Assembly (NCBI RefSeq): GCF_009914755.1
Contig: NC_060926.1
Reading direction: 5' to 3' (one strand)
DNA from: the human T2T-CHM13v2.0 reference genome, Homo sapiens
DNA length: 64,000 nt
Shown here: piece by piece, positions 1 through 12,262 of the stretch
Layout of the letters: each line of letters starts with the position of its first letter
Position numbering within the stretch: position 1 is the first letter of the stretch
Notes under the pieces: model-generated
Database searches by the model: none
Told to the model about the DNA's origin: nothing
Seen by the model: only the letters and a program-made list of their open reading frames with translations
Position numbers and translations under genes: made by a program

Positions 1-169
1 AGGTGAAGGGGAGGCATCTTAAAGTAAATCTTAGCCTCCTTCACCATTAGGTCTTGGGCCAACCCAAATTATAGTGCAGAAATTACAATACATAATCAGA
101 TTTTATTATTGCACAAAAATCACTATTCTTCATTTTTCTTTTCATTTCTTTTTCCAACTTTCCCCAATA

Positions 170-189
170 CCACACACACACACACTCAT

Positions 190-223
<34 letters not shown>
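170..223. repeat. (CA)n microsatellite, interrupted
   Basis: Direct CA run with a ctcatg interruption. Confidence 0.95.
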
Positions 224-227
<4 letters not shown>

Positions 228-235
228 GAAGGAGA

Positions 236-460
236 TAAAACATACAAGAATAAGAATGATACAATGGACTTTGGGGACTGTGGGAGGAAAGGGTGGGAAG
301 GGGGTGAGGGATAAAAGACTACAAATTGCGTTAAGTGTGTACGATTCAGGGATGGGTGCACCAAAGTCTCACAAATCGCCACCAAAGAACTTACTCATGT
401 AACCAAATAACACCTGTTCCCCAAAAACCTGTGGAAATAAAAAAATAAAAAATAAAAAAA
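236..460 (+). mobile_element. L1PB-type LINE-1 3' end fragment
   Basis: aatgatacaatggactttggggact...catgtaaccaaataacacctgttccccaaaaacc followed by an A-rich tail matches the L1PB 3' UTR. Confidence 0.85.
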
Positions 461-576
461 GAAGAGGAAAGAATGAGAAGGAGGTTAGGAGAGAAAGAAA
501 ACAGGACTTCAGAGAAAAGTAAATGAGAAAGCAGATATAGGGATTTATGGTATTTCATCATGGCTTTAGACATCTG

Positions 577-666
577 TTAGGTTGGTGCAAAAGTAATTGT
601 GGTTTTTGCCATTATTTTTAATTCTTTTGCCTTTACTTTTAATGGCAAAAACAGCAATTACTTTTG
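577..666. mobile_element. MADE1 mariner-derived MITE
   Basis: ttaggttggtgcaaaagtaattg...aatggcaaaaacagcaattacttttg palindromic Hsmar1 TIR pair; right TIR truncated. Confidence 0.9.
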
Positions 667-707
667 AAGATTAGAATGCTTAATATGAACCTCAAAGTGA
701 GTATTTA

Positions 708-1005
708 TTTATTCATTTATTACATATAAAAAGCTGTACATATATAATGTATACAGCTCTGAGCTCTGGGATAAGTAAACATCTGAGAAACTATTACCAC
801 CATGAAGGCCATAAACATACCCATCACCTTCCAAAGTTTCCTCCCTGCCTTTTCTTTCTTTCTTTATTTATTTTGCAGTAACAAAACTTATCATAAGATC
901 TACCCGCTTAGCAAGTCTTAAGCGTACAATATTTTATCATTAATTATAGGTTCTATGCTGTACAGTAGATCTCCATAACTTACTTATCTTGAATAACTGA
1001 AACGT
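708..1005 (-). mobile_element. L1MA/L1MB-type 3' end fragment
   Basis: tgctgtacagtagatctc and ccatcaccttccaaagtttcctc motifs; TSD aaagtgagtattta (694-707) / aaagtgagcattta (1006-1019). Confidence 0.8.
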
Positions 1006-1227
1006 AAAGTGAGCATTTAAGTAATATACTCCATGAATAAGAGTAAGTATGTACATTCTGCCAAGATGTAATAGGTAGGATAAATCTACCTTGCTTGAAA
1101 CCAAAGTCTAGTATATCTTTCCATGCATATTGTCTTCAGCATCTTACTTCAGGCTCCCTCTTCAGTTGACCATTGAGAATGTGAGGATATGGAGCCGTGC
1201 GGTTGATTTTCATGTCCTATACCGGAA

Positions 1228-2475
1228 CAGGATAGGCACAACCTTAATATTTGTAGGGCCCAGGACAATAGTACAACTGGAGGCCTACCTACTATATGTC
1301 TAAATATTTTATGAATCAGTCTAACTGTGAATAAAAATATGTTCTAGCCTCATCTTGACAAGCATACTGTCACAATAGTGAAAAATATGTGCAATGCTAT
1401 ACTATTTCTATGACAGAAAGTCAGCAAAGTCTCAGGGTCATCTAACTTTAAATATGACTATCCAGTTAGGTGTTCTGTTGATGGGATGCATAAGAAATAA
1501 AGTCAATTTATACAAACTATGATATCTTTTTATATAACATTGACTTTTCTTGCCTTCATTTCAGCAAAATTGTATATTATGTTATTAAAGATTCTTACGT
1601 AATTTGTGTTGTGTTGAGACTAATTGTCTTAAAAGATTTAAAAATATAATAGTAAAGTACACAAACTTTAAATATATTTTCCAAAAATCAAAATGAATTA
1701 CTATAAAAATTCAAAATATTTTTATGTATGTGTTTAAAAGTTATTTTTTATAAATATTTTAAATTAGCTTGCAAAATTTAAGGGTATAAGAAAAATGTAA
1801 TTAATAAATATTACATTTTTAAATCAATTGTATTAAATTAAATTTCATTTAATTTGTTTATGAAAAGAAATTATTAGCAATTGTACTATTAAATGACTTT
1901 CTAATTGCCAAAATAAAGGACTGTATCATGTTTTATACAGGCTACATTGCGACTCAAATATATGTACAATATGTACAAATTTAAGAATATAGTGAATTTA
2001 AGAGTACAGTACTGATGTGAGTGCTGCGATATTTTGTGTAGGACTCAGAACCACAGTTTGAAAGAAGAGACATAAAAAGGGTTACTCAACACTACTATGA
2101 GAAAATGCATTTCCATGCAAGAATCTACTGCATTCATTAGTCTTTTCAGTGAAATAAATGCTTCTCTTCAAATCTCCTTGTCCTCGGGTGAAATGTCTGT
2201 CTTTAACAACACAAAAGAGTTCCTAGTATTTGGACTCAGTTCCGTTTTGTTATGAGGACATTGGTCAGTATGTCTGGAAACGGTTTCTCTGGGCCCTAAA
2301 ATGTCTTAGTCATAAGAATGGATATTTAGGGCTGCAAGTTTCACTGTGCCAGTGCTGGACACACCAGATCCCAAGTGACAGGGATGCATCTGCTCTTTAA
2401 TACATTTATATTTTGTATGTTTTTGATACTTGGGGTACTATAAAGGGGCCCTGGACAGGCACCCGTCTTAACACT
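1228..2475. mobile_element. hAT-Tip100 DNA transposon remnant (MER115/Zaphod-like)
   Basis: tatttgtagggcccaggacaatagtacaactggaggcctacctactatatgtctaaatatt left end and ggggccctggacaggc right end resemble the recalled consensus; AT-rich interior; extent uncertain. Confidence 0.45.
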
Positions 2476-2596
2476 GTTAGGACAGAGACAGACCTTGTCA
2501 AACAGGGAGAAAATTAGATATCCAATCTTTTCTGGAACTTAAGAAAGATTTTAATATTGTAATCCCTTTAACAGCTCTTTAAAAGTGGCCTAAATT

Positions 2597-2716
2597 CAGG
2601 AGAATGGCGTGAACCCGGGAGGCGGAGCTTGCAGTGAGCCGAGAGCCGCGATTGCGCCGCTGCATTCCAGCCTAGGCGACAGAGCGAGACTCCGTCTCAA
2701 AAAAAAAAAAAAAAAA
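2597..2716 (+). mobile_element. 5'-truncated AluY (right-arm 3' part)
   Basis: AluY diagnostics gaatggcgtgaacccgggaggcggagctt; pure A tail; perfect 14-bp TSD aaaagtggcctaaa (2581-2594 / 2713-2726). Confidence 0.95.
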
Positions 2717-3682
2717 GTGGCCTAAACTATGCCCAAGTTGGTGATATAAATATATGCCTACAACAGCAACAACAAATAGAAACAAAAACACATAAACAGA
2801 AAAGGAACCCAGCATATACACTTCGTGAGAACTGACTCCTGACCACAAGCGGGGCATACAACCAGATTGCCTTAAGGACACATGGAGGCAGGCAGCATCC
2901 AACGGGCTCATCTCTGCCCATCAGATGGAGCTGTCAGATGTGTGATGGTTAGAATGGTTGCTTTTGGGCAGGTCCAGGGTTTCAAGCCAAATATGTGAAT
3001 CAGGTTGGGAAGAAAAATGCATGTAGCAGCATCAGTTAGGTAATGAGAAGTGGCACAGTGTGATCAAAGCGGGTTACTAGGAATGCAAATGCAGATTTTT
3101 CCCTGTCCATGCTAAAAAGATGCAATCCACCCCGTCTTTATTATGCATTCCTGCTGTGGCCTGGAGTACTGTGTTAGCCCTCCAGGAGATGGAACAGTGC
3201 AGGGATGAGATAGATATGACTCATGAAGCTCAGTCTAGTTATGCAGGTTAAATTGATCACTTTCAATGAGAGTTGCCCTCCCTCCATAGAGGCACTTTTT
3301 CCTTTTTCACTTCCAGCTCTGTTGCCAAAATTCCCATTAAGGTCATTACATTATGTCTTTAAAAGTACCTTTCAAAATGCAAACAATGTATCACAATTGT
3401 AAAACATTGTCAACATAAGCTATTAATGCCAGAGTGGTAGGAAATAGGCTTTTTGTTGTTGTTTTTGTCCACAAAATATTGGAAGGACTAGAATGAGAAA
3501 GTACCTATGTAGACATCCAGTATAAAGTCAGGTGGAAGGTGGGTAGGTAGGATGTAATGGAAGATATGGAGATCACCAAAGCCCAAGCATGCAGGCCCAG
3601 GTGGTCATCTAAAATAAGCATGATTGGTCTCATTTCCTTTGTTTAAATGGGAGACTTCAGCTTTCTTAAAATTGAGTGGCTT

Positions 3683-3984
3683 GGCTGGGTGTGATGGCTC
3701 ACAACTATAATCCCAACATTTTGGGAGGCCAAGGCGGGTGGATCACAAAGTCAGGAGTTCAAGACCAGCCTGACCAATATGATGAAACCTCATCTCTACT
3801 AAAAATATAAAAAAATAGTCAGGTGTGGTGGTGCACACCTGTTGTCCCAGCTTACTCAGGAGGCTGAGGCAGGAGAACTGCTTGAGCCCAGGAGGCAGAG
3901 GTTGCAGTGAGCCAAGATCACACCACTGCACTCCAGCCTGGGTGACAGAGCAAGACTCTGTCTTAAAAAAAAAAAAAAAAAAAA
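3683..3984 (+). mobile_element. AluS full length
   Basis: Dimeric Alu with A tail; degenerate TSD aaaattgagtggctt / aaaatgattggctt. Confidence 0.95.
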
Positions 3985-4335
3985 TGATTGGCTTAACAGA
4001 AAAATTGCCCCTGTTGTGTTTGTACATTTAGATGTTTTGATTTATGGAAATAATTCATGATGAGGAGTGAAACATTTTAAAAGTTTCCATTAAATATGTT
4101 CCAGTTTCCTTATTTGTAAAAGTTAATGGTTTATTATTAGATGCTTTAGGATTGCACTGTTCTCTGGGGTGGATTTTATTAAATGAATCATTTATTCTTC
4201 ATTATTTCTTAATTTTTTTTATATTTATACCAGATTTTACATGAATGGTTTCTGCATCCCTCTTACTGACACTGACACAAATTTACCCTTTTTCTCATAT
4301 GTATATTCCCTGATAGATCTTTGGAATCACCCAGT

Positions 4336-4492
4336 CTGCTGGTTCTCCAAGCATAGTCCCAAGACCTGCAGCATTCTCTGGGAACTTGTTAGGGATTCAT
4401 GTTCCCTGCCCCATACTAGAACTGCTGAATGAGACACTCTGGGGTGGGGGCCCAGCAATCTGTATTTTAACTGGATATTCCAAGAATTCTGA
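4336..4492. mobile_element. MER5A (hAT-Charlie)
   Basis: ctgggaacttgttag...actctggggtgggggcccagcaatctgtattttaac. Confidence 0.8.
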
Positions 4493-7479
4493 ATTTGTGG
4501 CCTAGTCCAACTCTTATGTCTCCACATCAGGGAACAGGTTGAAAGCAAGATGGTACTAATCCCCTAGGCATCGGACTCCTACTCTAGTGCTTTTTTGTTT
4601 GTTTGTTTCATCACTATACTAAGGTCCATGTTAAGAACACAATGTGAGTCTCCTGGTGGGTTTCAGGACTTTCCAATCCTCATGGATCTCCAAAATTTAT
4701 CAGAACCATCTAACAGTATAATAAGATATTTCTTTTTTCCTTTTATTCAGTTAGATTTTTATCTTTATTTGAAATCTTAATTATTTTTTAAAAATGCAGA
4801 ATAGGAGATGAAGCACTGGAGTGAAACCAGTTGTAGTAAAAGCCAACTAATTTATATAATAAGACTTTTTTTTTTTTTTTTTTTTTTACAAAAATACTCA
4901 TTCTTGAAAGAATAGCAAGTTAATTGGAAGCATCTAGAAATTACGATGTGACCAAAAGGGGCCTTCGAAGATGACTCAAAAGAAATCTTTATCACTAATT
5001 GAAGAGCATAGACAGATATTTGAATATCAAAAAATGAAAGCAAATGTAAAAGCATTGGCACAAATTTCTGAAAGACAGGGATTTTGAATAAGACTGAGGA
5101 TATCAGACTAGAGTAACACAGTTTTATAAAGGAAATTCTCCCCAGGAGAGTGGTTTCATTTGTTTTCACTTCCAGAAAGTAAGAAAAGAGCAGACTCTGG
5201 AGTCCTCAATGAATCTCACAGTGTTCCAAGGTGATGCATGGAAAGTACGCATCTGGCATTAAAAACATGTGATCTGATTTATTGTTGAAGAAAAGAGGAT
5301 AAATTATCCTGCTATAGTACATCTTACTCTCTTTTGTTGTTCTCTCTGGTGAGCCCCAGCCCAGATTTGCAATCCAGGACCCAAGGGATACTTTCCTAGG
5401 CAGCTCCTGCCTATAGTTTTGGGAAAGTAAAGTCGATGTTTTGTATGTCAGCTCACAGTTATAATTCGATGCAGTCTCAGATCTTGTTTTTTTTTTTTTA
5501 ATCTCTGCCAGCCTCATTCCCCCTCTTCTTAAATATGTTCATGTATATATAAACATTGTATGTATGCTTATGTATCTAGATATGTATCGAGATGCCTTAT
5601 TCTTTTTTTTTAACAGGGATTCCTTTAATTCCAAACACCACACCCCGCCTGTAATATAGACTGTGATACAGAGTTGGCCTCCACAGATGCAGACTGAAGA
5701 GGAACCTTTTTCATATAGTTTGAGGGTTTTTGTTTTTTCTGCAAAAACTCTCATTGCCTTCTTGTCCAGAAAGGCATGTAGAAATGAGCCCTATTGTATT
5801 GTGGAAGAATCTCTTCTTGTACGACAATCAAAAATACTGCAGAAATTTAAATCCCCCACGATTTTACTGTACATAACAAAGATTTGGAGGTATCAGTTAG
5901 GCTGATACATCTTTGGAACAGATAATGAAGCTTAGAAAGTGAGAGAGCAAAAAGAGCTATTACCGTAGGCTTTAAATTTTTTCTTAAAATTGTTTAGCAT
6001 CACTGAACTGAAAGGAGCTTCAAATTCACAGTCTTAATGTCACATTAGCATATTCCTTTCATTCTTTAAACTATATTTAATTTATTTTTCCACAGGGTTA
6101 TGGTAGTGATCATTATGAAAATGTATTTTATTTTATATGTCATAAAAATAGCAACATCTTAGACACAGATGTAGGTCAGTAGTCATGGTAATTACTTACT
6201 CTGTAGATTGGCATAATAATGACCATTTTGCTTAGAGGGGAAAAGTTCAGGGATGTGAAACTGAGTAGAAAGGAGAAGCAATCACATGATCTGAAAGGCC
6301 AAGTGACTGATACAGTTTTTCAGACATTGCATAAGATTTTTTTCCTAAGGAACTTCACATGCAGATGGATTAATCTGTAACTTATGTCACTATATCAGAA
6401 TTTGCTAAAAGCTATAATTTTGTCAAATAAAATACAAGAGAACTCTTTAAGATGCAGAGTATGGTGATTCTAATTCAAATTTGAAAAGAAAATTTATTTT
6501 TATATCAAGAGATTTTACGGTAGTTTGGAAAGTTAGAAAACTAAGAATTTCTGGGAAGCTCGCATGTTATATTATAAAAGATGGCTGTGCTGCTTTTGGT
6601 GCAAAACGCTAGCCCCTCACCTCTTTTCTAAACTCCAGGCAAATGTTCTCCCTTGCATTGAGATATGTACATTCCCACCTAGATTCAATTCTGATTCCTT
6701 CTCTGAATGAACATTGACTTCCTTGTCTTATTCTCATTTGCTATTAGTATTACCTTTATTTGTCAATACCTCAGTAATATGTGTCCAAAATTGAAAAATA
6801 CAGGAAATGCTAAAAAAAAGTCAGCTCAGATAATATTGACAGCAGCTCCTGTCTTGTGGAAGATGACCGGTGTCTTGGGGAGTTTAGAGGAGCCCACCAG
6901 CAACAGATCACGTCCACCTGCAGAAGGGGACAACAGCCAAGGAGGATGGCGAAAGAGAGGGGCTCCAGCTCTAGAGGTATGTGATGGGAGCCTGCTAGAG
7001 TACACTAAAATTTAGGCAGGAGCAGAAGAGGAAGTGTTGAGTAATCTGTACGTTTTTTGATAACATGCCTGCTGAAAGACAATTTTAGTCTGATGGATGA
7101 TTATTTAGGGGACTTACCAGATGAGCGCTAATTATTGTTTTGTTGCAATGTGATGTGAATCTGGTCAGAAAGGCTTGGATCATTTAGGTGTCATAGAAAG
7201 TGGTTATGGAGATTTACTGAAAAGAACTGGTCCTGAAGACTTTGAAAAATATTCAGTTGTTGTCTCTAGATTAATATATTGGGGGAGCTACAAGGACATT
7301 TTAACCCAGCAATACCTGAATCCAGATCTGTGCTTTTTGTCACCCAAGCAAAGGTAATAGTAGTTTATGTACTAATTAAAAGCTCTTTAGAGAAATTAGA
7401 AAGGACTTGAGAAAGGTTTTGCTAAATGTAAATTTATGAGAGAGGGTGAATTGTTTTCAAAAACGTTGAGAGAATGGAC

Positions 7480-7930
7480 TAGATACCTCTTGCCTCTTGT
7501 GCACTCCCTCATTGTCTTCAGCCACTGTGGTGTGACCAGCTTCCCACAGATGGAACCTAACAGCAGCTAGCTCAGCTGCAGCCAGTTTCTCTTGCTTTCT
7601 GCCCCAGGGTATGCTTTTGCCACGAGCTTTTGGAACTCTTGGGGGAAACCATCTAGACATTCTAAGTCAAGCATAGTGGATAGTTAATGTAATAGTGGAT
7701 CGTTTATGTGCTAATTAAATGCTCTTTAGAGAAACTGGAAAGGGCTTGAGTTCCAGGTTATTGAGGCCCCTTGACAAATGAAGGCACTAGGGCTAATAGA
7801 TAAGAGCTGTTTCTTCCCTGCCTTGGGCAGATGATGTTGAGATGCATTTTTCCTGTCTCTGCAGATTCCCAGCAGTAGCAGTGCATACGGGGGCTCACAG
7901 ACCCACTCTATGTTAATTTCCTTGGTTCTT
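7480..7930 (+). mobile_element. Old ERVL LTR (LTR67B/LTR33-like), interrupted at ~7673-7750
   Basis: ctttctgccccagggt and gatgatgttgagatgcattt...ctgtctctgcagattcccagcag resemble recalled ERVL LTR consensus; boundaries approximate. Confidence 0.45.
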
Positions 7931-7977
7931 GAATACAAAATTAGAGTGGATCCACTTAGCAGTGTGTAGAACCCTTA

Positions 7978-8485
<508 letters not shown>

Positions 8486-9533
8486 CTATGCTCTCCCTCA
8501 GTATTACCATTCATTATTCTTGTATCACTCCTGAAACAATAGAGGGATCACAGAAAGCTTCTAGGTATAAAGGGATAATATCCTAAATGTAAATTATTGT
8601 AACACCAGTTATATCCTCCTACAGAGCATTTCTTTCCATTTTTACAAAGTAGAGCTATAGGAGTTAATTATTTTAAGAAAGTTCTGAAGTTGCCAAATGG
8701 GTAACATTCTCAGATACTTGAGTGATTTGAGGACATCATGCCAAGTTTCATTACTGCTTGTTTGGTGATCCTTCCTGGGGCCCTGATGATCCATATTCTT
8801 AGGCTAAGTGACCCCAAGGTTACAAAGTGACTGAACTGCCTCTGGCCCAGATATGCGGCTGGATTACGGGCCTTTTCCTACCCTAGGAAGGCCTCTAAAG
8901 AAAATGGTAATGAAGTTGCCTTTCAGGAGTAGTTGTAGATACAGAATGAAGCAAGGAGACTCAAATATTAGTGGGAAAAAAAGACTTGGAAGATTAATAT
9001 TATACATTTGTTTTTTGCATGAAATGCAGATTGACTGTGTGTTCACTGATTTGGTAAAATGTCTCAGTTACATGCTTTTTTGTGTGTGACTGTTTATGAA
9101 TTGTCAGTTCTGGGGACAGAAAGTGGTTTTCAAATTACTTTAGGCTTTATTATCTTTTATTTCTTGTTTCTGTTCTTAATGTGCAAGCACAAGAAAAAGC
9201 AGAATTATGTTTCAACACCAGCTAAATGAGATGAAATCAGATATTGGCTTTAAAACATTTTAAAAGGTTAAAAGTTATATAAAAATAAGTTCTGTATAAA
9301 TGTAATATTACATATAATGTAATGAAAAAAATGCAAGCTTTTTAATAATTGTGTTATATTGGTATTTATTTGCACTAGCCTTTCATGACATTTCTGAAAT
9401 GTAAATTGATAACATCATTTTCAGATGGAATCCACTTTGAATTGTCTATTTTTCACACAGTTGATTTTATGTTCTTCATTCATACTCTTCTTTTGCAATC
9501 CTGAAAAAAATGTGTGCTTAATAAACACTTTAA

Positions 9534-10044
9534 TGCTGAGACCAGCTCAGTCAGGGAGACCCTAACCCAGCGGCGCTAGAGGAATTAAGATACACACACA
9601 GAAATATAGAGGTGTGAAGTGGGAAATCAGGGGTCTCCCAGCCTTCAGAGCTGAGGGCCCAAACAGAGATTTACCCACATATTTATTAACAGCAAGCCAG
9701 TCATTAGCATTGTTTCTATAGATATTTGACTAACTAAAAGTATCCCTTATGGGAAATGAAGGGATGGGCCGAATTAAAGGAATAGGTTGGGCTAGTTAAC
9801 TGCAGCAGGGACACGCTCTTAAGGCACAGATCGCTTATGCTGTTGTTTGTGGCTTAAGGATGCCTTTAAGCAGTTTTCCGCCCTGGGCGGGCCAGGTGTT
9901 CCTTGCCCTCATTCCCATAAACCCACAACCTTCCAGTGCTGGTGTTAGGGCCATTATGAACATGTTACACTGCTGCAGAGATTTTTGTTTATGGCCAGTT
10001 TTGGGGCCAGTTTATGGCCAGATTTTGGGGGCTTGCTCCCAGCA
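9534..10044 (-). mobile_element. MER9 solo LTR (HERV-K HML-3)
   Basis: 511 bp with TG...CA ends; minus-strand start tgctgggagcaagcccccaaaatctggccataaactggccccaaaactggcc; perfect 6-bp TSD ctttaa (9528-9533 / 10045-10050). Confidence 0.9.
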
Positions 10045-11199
10045 CTTTAAACCATGATGTAGTTCCTTAGAATTCATTTGGTCTGCTGAGAGAAATTATC
10101 AGACAATTTGGCTATGAGCATGTGTATAAGTTTTATTACAACTTCAGATGCAAAAGAAAACACTCTAGTAGGCTAAGTTAAAGAACCATTCTTTGTAGGA
10201 ATATTTTATAGGGTAGGAAGATGGTTAGATACTTATTGTTAGATGGATACAAAAGTTTTTTAAAAGTCTGGATAAAGGTCACTAGACTCTTGACTAAGAG
10301 GCAGCTGGCCATGTGGTAGTTGGGCCACCAGTTTCTCAAATCAAGACATAATTCCATTATAGTTCATCAGAAAGTTGTTTTTAAAAAGATCAGAAATGCT
10401 TATTTCTTCCAACAAATAAGTTAAAATTGTAATCTCAATAATGTTCCCAGATATGGGAAAACACACCTATTTTTTTCAATAATTTTAGCACATTTTTGTA
10501 TTTATCATACAGTGACTATTCAGTCCTCAAAGAAACTATATTCATATATTGCCAATATTTAAAAATTCCTAAAATAGTATGTATATCTTTTAACATATAC
10601 CAAACTGCTAGAAAATAAATCTACCAGATGAAGGGAAACACTGCTGATTTTCTTCTCTTTTAACCAAAATCACACAGTCACACTTTATTATGTTTGCACC
10701 CTGGCTGGTATTTTTTTGAGCAAAATGAAAATAGTTAAAGCAATAGAAATATAATAAAAGAAAATATATAGTTCTTATTTGGAGTAGTTGAACTTTTCTT
10801 GCAGCAGTGGCCAACTTCTTTTCTGTGATGCAAAATTGAAGCAAATTTTGAGGTTAAGAGCCTGAGTGGGGAAAATTAATGGAATTTATAGTTTGACTTA
10901 ATCTGTGTCATGAAATGTGAGCATAGATTATTCTAGGAAGGATTGTAACCTACTATTTTTTTTATATATTTAAGTAATAAAATGAGAAAATATACATAAG
11001 TTTAGATATTGAAAAGCCATTATTGTCTGTGAAAATTTTAGACCATGGATTAGAGATTGAGAAATATCTTCTTTGATAATGCCAAAAATTAAAATGCAAG
11101 TTATAGCACTTTAATGGATGGCATAGAGAGAACCAGTTTTAAAACCGATTTAAGAAAATGTTTTGAACATTTTAAAAGTCTCAGTTCTGAGTAGCACAA

Positions 11200-11420
11200 G
11201 TGTCAGAGAAATCTTTTAAGGGGAAATTGCCCCTGTGAAGAGTCTTGAAGAAGAGCAAGAATGAGCTGGGCCAAATGGGAAGGAGGGGAGCGGGGTCACC
11301 ATGACCAAAGGAGCTGGGTTGTATATAGGAAGGCTTGTGGGAAGTGCATTATTAATTGAACATCAAATGCTTTTATGGTATACCTTAAGAAGAAGCTGGA
11401 AGGATAAGTTGTAGCTAGGA
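11200..11420 (-). mobile_element. L2 fragment
   Basis: Purine-rich degenerate L2-like sequence (gagtcttgaagaagagcaagaatgagctgggc). Confidence 0.45.
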
Positions 11421-11495
11421 AAAGGCCTGTTCTTTTTGACGATTGTGTAATAAGCCCAAGGGGACTAGAGAATGAGTCCCCTGTCCCACCAAGCA

Positions 11496-11844
11496 AAGGT
11501 TGAATATTCCTGGTCTGAAATGCTTAGGACCAGAAATGTTTCAGATTTTGCACATTTTTAGATTTTGAAATATTTGCATTATATAATGGGATAGCTTAAG
11601 GATAGGACCAAAGTCTAAACATGAAATGTCTTCGTTTCATCTGCTCCTAGTGAAGGTTATTTTATACAATATTTTAAAATAATTTTGTGCGTGGAACAAA
11701 GTTTTGACTGTGTTTTGACTGATGCCTGTCACATGAGGTCAGGTGTGAAATTTTCCACATGTGGCATTTTTATTAGCACTCAAGAAGTTTTGGATTTTGG
11801 AGCATTTCAGATTTCAGATTTATGGATTAGGCATGCTCAACTTC
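11496..11844. mobile_element. Tigger4b/MER46-type TcMar DNA transposon
   Basis: TIRs aggttgaatattcct...aggcatgctcaac; gattttggagcatttcagatttcagattt. Confidence 0.85.
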
Positions 11845-11885
11845 TTTTATATTTGAATAATAATAGCAGTACGTTACTGAGCTCA

Positions 11886-12262
<377 letters not shown>

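Noticed and set aside
6843-6976. Possible + strand exon ending GAG|GTATGT
   Set aside because: Good donor, but the upstream AG has no polypyrimidine tract
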